Assembly (NCBI GenBank): GCA_963823665.1
Contig: CAWGMQ010000005.1
Span: forward strand, 512,001-576,000
Direction: 5' to 3'
DNA length: 64,000 nucleotides
From: an uncultured Planctomycetota bacterium
GTDB taxonomy: Bacteria > Planctomycetota > Planctomycetia > Isosphaerales > Isosphaeraceae
Below, in pieces: positions 49,125 through 59,976 of the stretch. The notes under the pieces were generated by a model. The model saw nothing but the letters and a program-made list of their open reading frames with translations, was not told the origin of the DNA and ran no database searches. Numbering within the stretch: the stretch's first letter is position 1; every line of letters starts with the position of its first letter. Made by a program: the position numbers and the translations under genes.

Positions 49125-52117
49125 CGCTCACACAGCTTCCCGTACTTGATGCCCCGCCACCTTCCATCGACTTGCAGGCGCTCGAGCAGGCACTCAGGAG
49201 CGTCCTCGGCGCCGAGAGCGTCCGCGCCGATCGAGTCACCCGCGCGCTGTACGCGACCGACGCCAGCGTTTACCAGATCGTGCCGCTCCTGGTCGCCTTC
49301 CCTGCGACGGCGACCGATGTGCAGGCGATCGTGCGCGTCTGCCGCGAGTTCCGAGTGCCGATCACCGCCAGGGGAGGTGGAACCTCACAGGCCGGGCAGG
49401 CAATCGGGCCTGGCGTGATCGTGGACTGCTCCCGGCACTTCGACCAGGTACTTGAGATCAACCCGCCCAAGCGCTGGGCGCGCGTCCAGCCGGGATGCGT
49501 GCTCGACGATCTGAACCAGGCGCTCAAACCGCACGGCCTACTTTTTGCGCCCGACATCTCGACCTCGAACCGCGCCACGATCGGAGGCATGATCGCCAAC
49601 AACTCCTCAGGCGCGCGCTCGGTCCTCTACGGCAAGACCATCGACCACGTCCTCGAGCTGACCACCGTGCTCTCGGACGGAAGCATCATCCACCTGGAGC
49701 CGCTACACGCAGCCGAGTTAGAGGCCCGCTGCGCCCAGAGCGACCTGGAAGGGGCCAGCTATCGCGCGATCCGGCGGCTCGCCGCCGACCACGCCGGTGA
49801 AATCGAGCGCCGCTTTCCCCGGATCATGAGACGCGTCGGTGGCTACAATCTCGACGCTTTCGTTCCCGGTGCCACCCCAGGCGCGCCCACCTCGGATTTC
49901 AACCTCGCCCGCCTCTTCGTCGGCTCGGAAGGAACACTCGGCATCACCGTCGAGGCCAAGTTGAATCTGGTCGAGCTGCCGCGTGCGAAGGCGACGTTCG
50001 TCATCCAGTTTGCCGATTTGCTCGAAGCGCTTGCGGCCACGCCGTTGATCCTCGAGCACCATCCTGCCGCCGTCGAGCTCGTGGACAAGTGTGTCCTCGA
50101 TAGCACTCGCTTGAACGCCGAGGCCACAAGGCTCCGCGACTTTCTCGAAGGAGATCCCGCGGCGATCCTGCTCGTCGAGTTCTATGCCGATCGACCTGAG
50201 CTTCTGCCTCCCCGCCTTGCTGCCCTCCAGGACGACCTGAAGCGCAGTGGCCTGGGCGCGTACCATGTGGCCATCACCGACCCCGCCGCCCAGGCGCGCG
50301 TTTGGAAGCTGCGCACGATGGCGCTCGGGCTCTCCATGGCCGAGAAAGGCGACGCCAAGGCGATCTCGTTTGTCGAGGACACGGCTGTCGCCCCCGAAAA
50401 CCTGCGCGACTATATCGCCGAGTTTCTCGCCCTGATCGCGCGGCATCAGACCACGGCCGGCGTGTACGCTCACGCCTCGGTGGGTTGCCTGCACGTCCGG
50501 CCGGTCATCAACCTCAAAACGCCGGAGGGATTGCAACAGTTCGCGTCGATCGCCGAAGAAGTATCCGATCTGGTACTCAAGTACGGCGGAGCAATTTCCG
50601 GTGAGCATGGTGACGGTCTGGTCCGCAGCCCCTTTCAGGAAAAGATGTACGGACCGGAGCTCTACCAGGCGTTCCGCGAACTGAAGCAGACATTCGACCC
50701 ATCGGGCCTGTTCAACCCCGGCAAAATCGTCGACGCCCCGCCGCTGACGGCCAACTTGCGATACGGTCCGGGTTACGTGACGCCCACGCTGGCAACCACG
50801 TTTGACTTCTCCGCCGACGGCGGCGTGCTTCAGGCCGCTGAGCTCTGCGCGGGCGTGGGTGCCTGCCGGAAAAAGCGCGACGGCACGATGTGCCCCTCGT
50901 TTCAGGCCACGCGCGAAGAAAAGGACAGCACGCGCGGCCGTGCAAACCTGCTCCGGCTCGCGATGACAGGACAGCTCGGCTTCGAGGGCTTCACCGATCC
51001 TCACCTGCATGAGGTGCTCGACCTTTGCCTCGAATGCAAAGCGTGCAAGACCGAATGCCCGACCAATGTCGACATGGCCAGGCTCAAGGCCGAGTTTCTC
51101 GATCAATTCCACCGCAAGCACGGCACGCCGGTGCGCAGCCGCCTTTTTGGCCGGGTGGCCGAACTGGCACGGATCGGCTGCAAGCGGGCCCCGGTGTCGA
51201 ACTGGTTGGCCCGCCGCGCCTCGCTCCGCTGGCTGAATGAAAAACTCCTGGGAATCGACCGCAGGCGCCGGCTTCCTCCGTTTGCCCGCCAGACTTTCGT
51301 GCAACAGTTCGCCGCCGGAATGGCGCCCGACAATCCAGATCCGGAAGTCCTGCTCTTCCCCGACACATTCACGAATTACTTCCAACCCGAAATCGGCAGC
51401 GCGGCGGTCCGCTCGCTCCGCCGCGCCGGCTATACGGTCACCCTGGGTCCTGCCCCGCTGCGCTGCTGTGGCCGGCCGCTGATCTCCAACGGCATGCTCG
51501 ACCAGGCCGTGGCAAACGCGCGGCATAACGTCGAGCACCTCTTCGCGTGGGCTCAGCAGGGCCTGCCGATCACCGCCTGCGAGCCGAGTTGCATCTTGAC
51601 GATCCGTGATGATTATCCAGCCCTGCTCAAGGGTGACCTCCGTGCGCGCGCTGAAACCGTCGCGCGAGCATGTCAAACGTTCGAGGAGCTAATGGATCAG
51701 GCCCTGTCGCGTGAAACCGGGCGCCGGCTTGATTGGCAGCCATGCCCCACGCCGATCCTCGTGCAGTCGCACTGCCATCAGCGCTCACTCGTGGGTATGG
51801 GGCCGATGCTCCGGCTGCTGCGCCGGATTCCCGAGGCCGAGGTCATCGACCTCGACGCCGGCTGCTGCGGCATGGCGGGCTCGTTCGGCTACGAGCGCGA
51901 GCATTACGAGATCTCGCGCCAGGTGGGCGAGCAGCGGCTGCTACCGGCCGTGCGCCAGGCTGGCCCAGGCGCCATCATCGTCGCGCCCGGTTTCTCATGC
52001 CGGCTCCAGATCGAGCATTTCGCCGGCCGCCAGGCACTTCATCCCGCGGAGTTACTCGACCGCTGCCTGGACCTGGGAGAAACTCGCTGGGCCAAACGGG
52101 AAGGAACTGGTCTTTAG
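49121..52117 (+). CDS. FAD-linked Fe-S 2-hydroxyacid dehydrogenase (GlcD-GlcF fusion, YdiJ-like)
   Basis: RGGGTS, GSEGTL, SGEHGDG, CLECKAC..ECP, CCG motifs. Confidence 0.9.
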   Translation: MTLTQLPVLDAPPPSIDLQALEQALRSVLGAESVRADRVTRALYATDASVYQIVPLLVAFPATATDVQAIVRVCREFRVPITARGGGTSQAGQAIGPGVIVDCSRHFDQVLEINPPKRWARVQPGCVLDDLNQALKPHGLLFAPDISTSNRATIGGMIANNSSGARSVLYGKTIDHVLELTTVLSDGSIIHLEPLHAAELEARCAQSDLEGASYRAIRRLAADHAGEIERRFPRIMRRVGGYNLDAFVPGATPGAPTSDFNLARLFVGSEGTLGITVEAKLNLVELPRAKATFVIQFADLLEALAATPLILEHHPAAVELVDKCVLDSTRLNAEATRLRDFLEGDPAAILLVEFYADRPELLPPRLAALQDDLKRSGLGAYHVAITDPAAQARVWKLRTMALGLSMAEKGDAKAISFVEDTAVAPENLRDYIAEFLALIARHQTTAGVYAHASVGCLHVRPVINLKTPEGLQQFASIAEEVSDLVLKYGGAISGEHGDGLVRSPFQEKMYGPELYQAFRELKQTFDPSGLFNPGKIVDAPPLTANLRYGPGYVTPTLATTFDFSADGGVLQAAELCAGVGACRKKRDGTMCPSFQATREEKDSTRGRANLLRLAMTGQLGFEGFTDPHLHEVLDLCLECKACKTECPTNVDMARLKAEFLDQFHRKHGTPVRSRLFGRVAELARIGCKRAPVSNWLARRASLRWLNEKLLGIDRRRRLPPFARQTFVQQFAAGMAPDNPDPEVLLFPDTFTNYFQPEIGSAAVRSLRRAGYTVTLGPAPLRCCGRPLISNGMLDQAVANARHNVEHLFAWAQQGLPITACEPSCILTIRDDYPALLKGDLRARAETVARACQTFEELMDQALSRETGRRLDWQPCPTPILVQSHCHQRSLVGMGPMLRLLRRIPEAEVIDLDAGCCGMAGSFGYEREHYEISRQVGEQRLLPAVRQAGPGAIIVAPGFSCRLQIEHFAGRQALHPAELLDRCLDLGETRWAKREGTGL

Positions 52118-52360
52118 CGCGATCCTACTCAATCATGAGGGTGTGCGAAGCAAGCCTTCGTTGGCGGAGACTGAATAACATTGCACGATCACGCGACTCC
52201 CGTGCGTGGCACCAGGCTCGCCCGTAGTCCGGTGTAGCAGGCACACTCCGTGTGCCGTCCGCCGAGGTTGCCGGTCGGTGGCACTGGCCAGATTAGAGCT
52301 CCGCGCTCGAGCAAATCGCCGTCCCGGAATCGCAAAAGCCATCTTGAGGCGCAAACGACA

Positions 52361-52903
52361 ATGAGCGACGAAACCGGTCAGCCACTCCAAACTCACCTCG
52401 AGCGCCTGGCCGCGGCCTTGCCCGGCTTGAACGGCGCCGACGTGCACGCAGCGCCGAACCGACAATTATTCGAACAAATCATCGAATGCCTGGCGACTGA
52501 TTTCGAGCTGCTGCAGCAATTCGGTTTCTTCACTCTGGATCAGTCGTGCGCGAAAATCTGCGACGTTCTGGAGCAGAAGCAACTGGATCGCATCAAGACG
52601 TTCACTCATTGCGGGCAGGAGCACTCATTCCACGCCTTGCAGCTCTACGTGACCTGCCCTGTCTGTCGAAAGTTTAGGATGAAGACACGGCGTCTACTCG
52701 GGGAAGACGACATTCGGGAAGTGATTTCCACCGCCCTCCTCTGGCTTCAGATCGACCCCAGAACGATTCCCGGAGGAACCGCGCTTGCGACGACGAGCCA
52801 TTCAGCCACGTCAGGATGTGAAGAGTGGGCGTCACGCGGAGCACAGGAGATATGCGCATGCGCATCACATCGGCTGGGATCGCTGCCTGGTTCAGTCTTA
52901 TGA
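52361..52903 (+). CDS. Hypothetical protein with possible zinc ribbon
   Basis: HCGQEH...CPVC; GAGG upstream of ATG. Confidence 0.45.
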   Translation: MSDETGQPLQTHLERLAAALPGLNGADVHAAPNRQLFEQIIECLATDFELLQQFGFFTLDQSCAKICDVLEQKQLDRIKTFTHCGQEHSFHALQLYVTCPVCRKFRMKTRRLLGEDDIREVISTALLWLQIDPRTIPGGTALATTSHSATSGCEEWASRGAQEICACASHRLGSLPGSVL

Positions 52904-53170
52904 TCGCCGATACATGTATCGTCTGACACTGACTTGACCGGATCACGAACCACCACATCGCGGGATCATAAAAAACCTCGGTGATCTCTGGCCAAGCCAC
53001 GAAAAAGCCCGGACGCCAGGCCGATCGGAAGTGAAGTCCGTCGCTCGACACAACAATCGAGAATCGCGTGAATTCCCACAAGAGGAGCCCCTGGGGTATG
53101 ACGAAGAATCCGAAGACGGCGCAGAGGAGACACGGCTCGGTCCCATTCTTGGCCGGATGTTTGTAGTGAT
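52900..53170 (-). pseudogene. Fragment paralogous to 44178..44768
   Basis: WEFTRFSIVVSSDGLHFRSAWRPGFF vs WDFTRFSIVVSPEGLDFHSPWRPGFF. Confidence 0.7.
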
Positions 53171-53175
53171 ACGGC

Positions 53176-53868
53176 TCACGAACCACGACTCGCCCGCGGC
53201 TTGAGCTCAACCCGAACCCACTCGCGAAGACGACGCGCCCAGGCAGCCTTGTTGCGGCAATCCTCCTCATTCAACCAGTGCACGACTTCCTCACGGCGAA
53301 CGTGCAGGAACCGGCTTGCGTCCACCTCGGTGTAGGTATCGTCACGACCAAGCTGCTCGATCAAGACAGTTTCGTGTTCGAATCGCCAGATCTCCGGGAC
53401 CTTGAGCGCGGCGTAGATGCCAAGCCTGTCGATCTTCGACGGCGAGATATCGATTTCGATCGCCAGGTCGGGGTTGGGATAGTCGGCGACATCGTTGGAC
53501 TTGCGAGCAACGGCGCGGGCATGGGCCTCGAGTTTGTCCGCGGTGAACAGAAAGCAAAGATCGGCTTCGAGTCCGCGACTGAGTTCCGGGCGCTTCCAGG
53601 TCGTTGAGCCAAGCCCCTCGAAGTCGATCTCCAGCTCCAGGAGGACCAAGCTCACGAACAAGCCGATCAGCTCTTTCACCCGCTCGTGGATCGGCCCGAG
53701 CACCATGATTTCGATGTCCTTCCCGTCAAAAGCGACCCTGATCCCCGCCCCCTCGGTGAGCGCGTCGGTCAGACGATCATAGAGCTCCCAGGTCGCGCTG
53801 CGGACTGCGAATCGCTCCTGGGCCGGCACGGCGGGCTGCGGTCGCGGTCTTGCCATCGCGGTGGACAT
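53176..53868 (-). CDS. Uma2-family putative restriction endonuclease
   Basis: GLEAD..F, PDLAIEID, IYAALKVPEIW. Confidence 0.9.
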   Translation of the reverse strand: MSTAMARPRPQPAVPAQERFAVRSATWELYDRLTDALTEGAGIRVAFDGKDIEIMVLGPIHERVKELIGLFVSLVLLELEIDFEGLGSTTWKRPELSRGLEADLCFLFTADKLEAHARAVARKSNDVADYPNPDLAIEIDISPSKIDRLGIYAALKVPEIWRFEHETVLIEQLGRDDTYTEVDASRFLHVRREEVVHWLNEEDCRNKAAWARRLREWVRVELKPRASRGS

Positions 53869-54176
53869 GATGAAAGCCCCATGAATCAAGATGCCGATCG
53901 GATGATCGTGCGGCAAACTACTAAGTCTCAATTATACAGAATCAACGAGTTTCACGTAAACCGAGGCTCAAGTTCACGCGATGACGTGCTGCCGACCATC
54001 GTACCAGAGGCCCTGGCGAGATCTCCCGCGTTTCCTGGGGATTCCTGGCGTCAGGCCGATCGCGGACGGGCCGGCAGCTACGCCAAAATCGCTGATATAA
54101 TGTTAGGCACGCGAGGATTGGCGCCGCCAGCGGCGAGGGTCTTGCGCGGTTGCAACTTTTCAGCAAGGGAGGAGCC

Positions 54177-54989
54177 ATGTCATCTCGCTTGATACGCGTG
54201 GGGCTTCTGGCAGTCTTGGGCGTCGCGCTGGCAGGCGTGATCGCTTGGGCCCAGGACCGAAAGCCCGCCGAATCCGCGGGTCCACCCACGACCCCCGTCT
54301 TCAACCCGGTCGAAAGCCGGATGGTCGTCTCGAGCGCCAAGCCCGATGGATCGCATGCCGAGGCCGGAGAAGTCGTCTGCGAGCTCGACCCAGCCGAGCT
54401 GCGCGAGCGGCTGGCCAGTCAGGAGATCGTCGCCCAGGCCGCCCAGGCGGAGGTGCACGCAACCCGAATCGCCCGTGAAGTCGCCGTGATGGCGCTCCGC
54501 GAGTTCAAGGAAAGCGCCTACGCACAGCAGCTTGCCACCACCGAAGGTCAGATCAAGCTGGCCGAGTCGAAGCTCTCGCGAGCCCTGGACCGCGTCGATT
54601 GGTCACAGCGGATGTTTCTGAAGGGCTATGTTTCGCTCGCGGAAAAAGTCTCGGAAGATCTGGCTCTCAAGCAGGCCCGATTTGCACTCGAAGAGGCACA
54701 GAGCCAGAAAAAGGTCCTCATCGATCACTCCAGAGAGAGGGAAACCAAGGCGCTCACCGGCGCGATCGAATCGGCGAGGGCGCGCGAGCTGGCCGCCCAG
54801 GCCGCGCTGGCACGCGAGCAGACTTTGCAGAAGAAACTGGCCGGCGAGCTCCTCCGCTGCCAGGTCAAGGCTCCCGTGGCCGGCCGGGTCGACTACTCGG
54901 CCCCATTCGGCGCCGGGGCGGTTGTCCACGACGGGCAGTTGATCTTTCGCATCGTCAACGATGCCGCGGCGGGAGCCAAGGTGGAATGA
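54177..54989 (+). CDS. HlyD/MFP-like periplasmic adaptor (short)
   Basis: Signal peptide; GEVVCELD...coiled coil...VKAPVAG; GGAGGAG RBS. Confidence 0.7.
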   Translation: MSSRLIRVGLLAVLGVALAGVIAWAQDRKPAESAGPPTTPVFNPVESRMVVSSAKPDGSHAEAGEVVCELDPAELRERLASQEIVAQAAQAEVHATRIAREVAVMALREFKESAYAQQLATTEGQIKLAESKLSRALDRVDWSQRMFLKGYVSLAEKVSEDLALKQARFALEEAQSQKKVLIDHSRERETKALTGAIESARARELAAQAALAREQTLQKKLAGELLRCQVKAPVAGRVDYSAPFGAGAVVHDGQLIFRIVNDAAAGAKVE

Positions 54990-55022
54990 AGATGAGATGG
55001 CTTCGAGAATGGGAGATACCCC

Positions 55023-56372
55023 GTGTGCATCGCATCGATAACATTCACGTCTCTGTTCAATTTGATGACCGTTGCACTCGCGTTCGGCAGTCCGCACCAG
55101 ATGCAGCAGCCGGAATTGCTCGTCAATCCGGTGCCGGTCAACGTCGATTCTCTTGACGTGCAGAAGGAAATCGCGGGCCTCGCCAGGGATAGCAAGCCGC
55201 ACCTCCTCACCTGGGAATCGGCGTATTTGCTGGCCATGGTTCGCGCGCATTCCGGTGGCGGCGAGCTCTTGCCGTCACTCGACCCGGTGGCTCTGAGCCG
55301 GCAGGTTGATCGCCTGGGTATGGCCGACTTCTCTCGCTTCCGGAACGATCTCTTTGCCGGAGGAGCCTTCCGCGACCCTGCACCAGACATGCTCGCGCTG
55401 TCGGCCCGCCTCCAGATGATCGAAAACGCGCGCTGGCGTATCGCTTTCCTGGAGAACCTCACCAAGCTGCTCGTGGAGCGGATCCAGGGTGAGTCTTCGG
55501 GTTTGAGTCGTCTAGATCTGGACGTTGTTTTCGCGGCGCTCATCAAATGCCGTCAGCACTTCGATCACCAGAAAACTCTGTTCCGAGACGGGCTCGATGA
55601 GTTCAAGGTCGCACTGGGCTTGTCGCCGCAAGTGGCGGTGATCTTGGACCGAAAGCCGATGGCAGGGTTCCAGGAAGCTTTTGAGGCGGTCGCGACTTGG
55701 CTGCGGCAACCCCGTCGAAGCTCGGACGACCTCTACCAGCTCACCGACGCGGTGCCGGATCCGGACGAAGTCATCATCGAGGGCAAGCCCGCCCTCGGTG
55801 CGGTCCAGGGCAATCCGGATCAGTGGGTAGAAGCCCTGGCGAAAGCAACACGCCTGGCTCTCGAGAAGCGCGGCGATTCTGCCCAAGGTGCAGCGGCAGC
55901 GGAGGCGCGTGTCGGGCTCGAGCTCAAGGTTCGGCGCAGAGTTCGCCGCCTGGTCGAATTGCGTCGTGCCTACGTCAATGCCATTCAGCGTTACGCGCTA
56001 GCCGTTCGTATCCAGGATCAGGCATTCGAACGCCTGCTCGCGCCGCGTGCGGAGGGCAGTCCGCCACGATCTCAGTTGCTCGAGCAAGTCGTCGAACAAA
56101 CCGCCAGCTTCGCGGCAAGCGAGGATCAGTTGGTCGAGCTCTGGACGAGCTACCGTGCCGAGCGGCAGACGTTGTATCGTGAGATCGGCGTGCTCCCCTA
56201 CGCAGATTGGAATGCATTCTACGCAGACCTGGGAGCGCAGCGCGCCGCGGCCAAAAAGCCACCGGCCGCCGACGCTGCACCGCCCGCCGGCGTCGCTGGA
56301 GAACCTGCCCCGCCCCCACCCGCCCCTGACGCAAAACCAGCGAAGACGCCTCCGTCATCCGACAAACCGTAA
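55023..56372 (+). CDS. Hypothetical helical protein, possibly TolC-like
   Basis: LDEFKVALGL and ELWTSY...LYREIG segments; follows the MFP gene. Confidence 0.45.
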   Translation: MCIASITFTSLFNLMTVALAFGSPHQMQQPELLVNPVPVNVDSLDVQKEIAGLARDSKPHLLTWESAYLLAMVRAHSGGGELLPSLDPVALSRQVDRLGMADFSRFRNDLFAGGAFRDPAPDMLALSARLQMIENARWRIAFLENLTKLLVERIQGESSGLSRLDLDVVFAALIKCRQHFDHQKTLFRDGLDEFKVALGLSPQVAVILDRKPMAGFQEAFEAVATWLRQPRRSSDDLYQLTDAVPDPDEVIIEGKPALGAVQGNPDQWVEALAKATRLALEKRGDSAQGAAAAEARVGLELKVRRRVRRLVELRRAYVNAIQRYALAVRIQDQAFERLLAPRAEGSPPRSQLLEQVVEQTASFAASEDQLVELWTSYRAERQTLYREIGVLPYADWNAFYADLGAQRAAAKKPPAADAAPPAGVAGEPAPPPPAPDAKPAKTPPSSDKP

Positions 56373-56581
56373 ACAAATTCCAAGCCGCCGGCTCGCAGCG
56401 AGCGCTCCACCTCGCATCACCGATGACACCTTTCCTGCGGAGGGCGGGCCCTGCACTGCGCGCCCGCAATCGCTCGACATCATCCCATCTGATCACCCAG
56501 GTCGCAGAAGAAGATCCCTTGGTCCAGTACAATATGGTCCTGTCCGTGCTCAGCCGCACAGTGCAGCCAAGGGCAAATCCC

Positions 56582-56609
56582 GACAACTGACAACCAACAA
56601 CTGACAACC
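56582..56609. repeat. Heptamer tandem repeat (four copies)
   Basis: GACAACT GACAACC AACAACT GACAACC directly before the selB ATG. Confidence 0.7.
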
Positions 56610-56613
56610 CGTA

Positions 56614-58569
56614 ATGAACTACGTCCTAGGCACCGCCGGCCACATCGATCACGGCAAGACAGCCTTGGTCCGCGCCTTGACCGGCGTCGATACCGACCGC
56701 CTCCCCGCCGAAAAGCAGCGCGGCATCACGATCGACCTGGGCTTCGCATCACTCGAGCTGGGCGAATGCCACGTCGCGTTGGTCGACGTGCCCGGCCACG
56801 AGCGATTCATCCGCAACATGCTCGCCGGCGCCTCCGGTCTCGACCTCGCCATGCTCGTCGTCGCGGCGGACGACTCGGTCATGCCGCAAACGCGCGAACA
56901 CATGCAAATACTCACCTTGCTCGGTCTCTCCGCCGGAGTCGTCGCACTCACCAAGTGCGACCTGGTCGATCCGTCCTGGCTGGATCTCGTCGAAGAAGAC
57001 ATTCGCTCGCTCGTCCGCGGCACGTTTCTCGAAGGCGCACCGATCGTGCGGACCTCGGCGGTCACCGGAGCTGGGCTCGATGAGCTGAAAACCGCGCTCG
57101 AATCCGCTTGCCGCGCGGCTGCGCCCGCAACCGATCCCGGTCTGTTCCGCATGGCGATCGACCGCTCGTTCACGGTGCCGGGCCATGGCACGGTCGTCAC
57201 CGGCACCGTCGCCTCCGGTAGCGTCGCCGTCGGTGACGAGCTCGAGTTGCAGCCCCGCGGCCAAACGGTTCGCGTGCGTGGCCTGCACCGGCACGACCGC
57301 CCGGTCCAACACATCGCCCGTGGCTCGCGCGCGGCCATCAATCTGGTCGGCGTCCACCACGCCGAGATCACCCGCGGCCACGAGCTCGCCTCTCCGGGCT
57401 ACCTGGAAGCAACTCGTGTGCTGACGGTTGATCTGATCGCTTCTGACGACGATGCCGGCCGCCCGCTCAAGCACCGCGATCGATACAAGCTGCATCTTGG
57501 GACCGCGGAGGTTTCCGCCGTGCTCTCGCTGCTCGAACGAGCCGAGCCCGCGCCGGGCACCACCCGCCTCGCTCAGCTTTTGCTGGCAGAGCCCGTCGTG
57601 GCGGTGCATGGTCAGCCTTTCGTGTTGCGCGTCGAGAGTCCGCCCGCCACCATTGGCGGCGGCCGCGTCATCGGTCCGTCGTTGCGAAGGCTCAGGCGCA
57701 CCGATCAGCGAGCAATCGCCCGCCTCGAGCACCTGCGCGCGCAGGAACCAACCGCTCGGCTCCGCGGCGCCCTCGCGTCACTCGGCACTCGCACATGGAC
57801 CGAGCGGCGCATGTGCGCGGTCGCGGGCTTGAGCGCCGCTCAAGTGGAATCATCCCTTGCCTCGCTGGTCGCCTCGGGCTCCCTGGTCGAGCTTCCCGTC
57901 GGCCCACGGCGCACGATCCGCGTACTCGACGAGTCGGTCCGTGCTCTGGAAGATCGAATCCTGCGCGCCTTGGCCAGGCTTCACGAGGCACATCCACGCC
58001 AATCAACCATCTCGCGCACCCGGCTCGAGGCCGCGTTGCCTGACCTCGACAACAAGACGCTCGTGGCCGCCTTGATCGACCGCTTGAAAACCCTGGGCAA
58101 ACTGATCGGCGACGCGCGCACCGTCGCCCTTCCCGGATATGAGCCCAAGCTCAGCCAGGGCGAGCGCAAGCTCAAGCTCGAGCTCGCCCAGGCGATCTCC
58201 GCCGGTGGCTTCAGTCCCCCCGAGGTCGCCGATCTTACGGCCACAGCCGGCGCCCGCGCCCCCGTCGTGCCCGAGTTGCTCACCTTGCTCCGCGAAGAAC
58301 AGCGCGCCGTCTTGATCTCGCCAACCCTCTACCTCGACGCCGAGGTCGAGCGTGATCTCCGCCGCCGCGTCGCCGAGCGGCTCGATGCGGGCGGCACGCT
58401 CACCATGTCCGAGCTGCGCGAGCTGCTGGGCACCACCCGGAAATACGCGGTCCCCATCGGCGAATACCTCGACCGCATCGGACTCACCCTCCGCGACGGA
58501 GACCTGCGCCGCCTGAACGCCGGCGCGAGCCAGACCGCCCCTCCGGATGAAGCGAACGGCCCAGGTTGA
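56614..58569 (+). CDS. selB: Selenocysteine-specific elongation factor
   Basis: GTAGHIDHGKT, RGITIDLGF, DVPGHERF; C-terminal winged helix LGTTRKYAVPIGEYLD. Confidence 0.96.
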   Translation: MNYVLGTAGHIDHGKTALVRALTGVDTDRLPAEKQRGITIDLGFASLELGECHVALVDVPGHERFIRNMLAGASGLDLAMLVVAADDSVMPQTREHMQILTLLGLSAGVVALTKCDLVDPSWLDLVEEDIRSLVRGTFLEGAPIVRTSAVTGAGLDELKTALESACRAAAPATDPGLFRMAIDRSFTVPGHGTVVTGTVASGSVAVGDELELQPRGQTVRVRGLHRHDRPVQHIARGSRAAINLVGVHHAEITRGHELASPGYLEATRVLTVDLIASDDDAGRPLKHRDRYKLHLGTAEVSAVLSLLERAEPAPGTTRLAQLLLAEPVVAVHGQPFVLRVESPPATIGGGRVIGPSLRRLRRTDQRAIARLEHLRAQEPTARLRGALASLGTRTWTERRMCAVAGLSAAQVESSLASLVASGSLVELPVGPRRTIRVLDESVRALEDRILRALARLHEAHPRQSTISRTRLEAALPDLDNKTLVAALIDRLKTLGKLIGDARTVALPGYEPKLSQGERKLKLELAQAISAGGFSPPEVADLTATAGARAPVVPELLTLLREEQRAVLISPTLYLDAEVERDLRRRVAERLDAGGTLTMSELRELLGTTRKYAVPIGEYLDRIGLTLRDGDLRRLNAGASQTAPPDEANGPG

Positions 58570-58621
58570 TCCGACAACGAACATGATGGTGAACATGTCT
58601 TTCGAGTTAAGTGATATAAGA

Positions 58622-59942
58622 ATGAGACTTTACTCACTGGCGATCATGACGATCGCGACTGGCAGTGGCTTTGAGCGCCGGCTCCTCGCGCGCGCAAGTC
58701 GTGGTCCATCCTGAGCCCGCACCCGGGCCGCTCAACAATCCACTCAAGGGTTGGTGTCCCTACACCGATGCCAATCCGATCCGGCTGCCTTACTCGATGG
58801 TCTTTCTCTACGCCCAGTGGAAGGCGCTCGAGCCCGAGGAGGGCCACTTCGCGTTCGAACAATGGGAACGCACCGCCTGGTCCGTTCCCGAGGCCAGAGG
58901 TAAACATGTCGTTTTGCGTATCCACATCGACTATCCGTCCAAGCCTTCCGGACTGCCTGACTGGCTCAAGGATCAAGTGAAGCTCACGCGTTACGAAGAC
59001 CACGGCGGCGGCCTCTCGCCCGATTACGACAATCCCCGCATGGTCGCGGCGATGGAAAGCTTGATCGCCGCGATGGGCAAGCGCTACAACGGGAACCCTC
59101 GCGTCGCCTTCGTGCAGCTCGGCCTGCTCGGATTCTGGGGCGAGTGGCACACATATCCGCGCCCTGCTCTCTACGCCAAGCCCGCCACCGAGCGCCGGAT
59201 CGTTGATGCCTACCACCGCGCATTCCCGAGCAAGATTCTCATGGCCCGATATGCCCGGGATCACGCGGCCGCGCAAGCGTGGCTCGGATTCCACGACGAT
59301 CTCTTCCCCGAAGACACCGACAACGGCCAGGCCTGGTCTTTTCTCAGCGGAATCAAACGTAGCGGCAGAAATGACAACTGGAAACGCGCGACCCTGGCCG
59401 GCGAGATGGTTCCGAACCAGGCCAAAATTTGGCTCGGCCCGAAGTTCGATGAAACGCTGCGCGTAACCGAGCTCGGTCACTTCTCGTGGGTCGGCCCGTA
59501 TTGCCCGGCCCTGGAACAAAACGCTTCGACCGAGTTCCGGAAAGCGGCAGATTCCCTGGTGCGACGAATGGGCTACCAGTTCCGCCTGACCGAAATCCGC
59601 CATCCCGCAGCAATCAAACCGGGCGCCAACCTGAGTATCGCGATCACCGGCATGAACGAAGGCGTCGCCCCGTTCTACTACGCCTGGCCCGTCGAGCTGG
59701 CCCTGATCGATGAGAAAGAAAAGCTCGCGGCTCGCATCCCAATGCGCGCCGACATTCGCACGTGGCAACCCGGCCCATTCGAGATCAAGGGCGACGTCGC
59801 AGTGAAGCCAAACCCCGGCCGCTACAAGCTCGCATTGGGCATCATCGATCCCTGGACGAATCAGCCCGCAGTTCGATTCGCCAATGATCTATCAACAAAA
59901 GACGCCTGGACGGTGCTCTCAAACCTCGTAGTTGCGCGCTGA
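58622..59942 (+). CDS. Secreted DUF4832-type glycoside-hydrolase-like protein; probable frameshift near 58658
   Basis: NNPLKG, GFWGEWH, MGYQF, NEGVAPFY; MRLYSLAIMTIA signal start is one base out of frame. Confidence 0.72.
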
Positions 59943-59976
59943 CGATCGTGCGGAAAGCCGTACGGAACCGCACCAG

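Noticed and set aside
56372..58660. tRNA-Sec (selC) near selB
   Set aside because: No cloverleaf with a UCA anticodon recognised by eye; tRNAscan-SE or Secmarker would settle it
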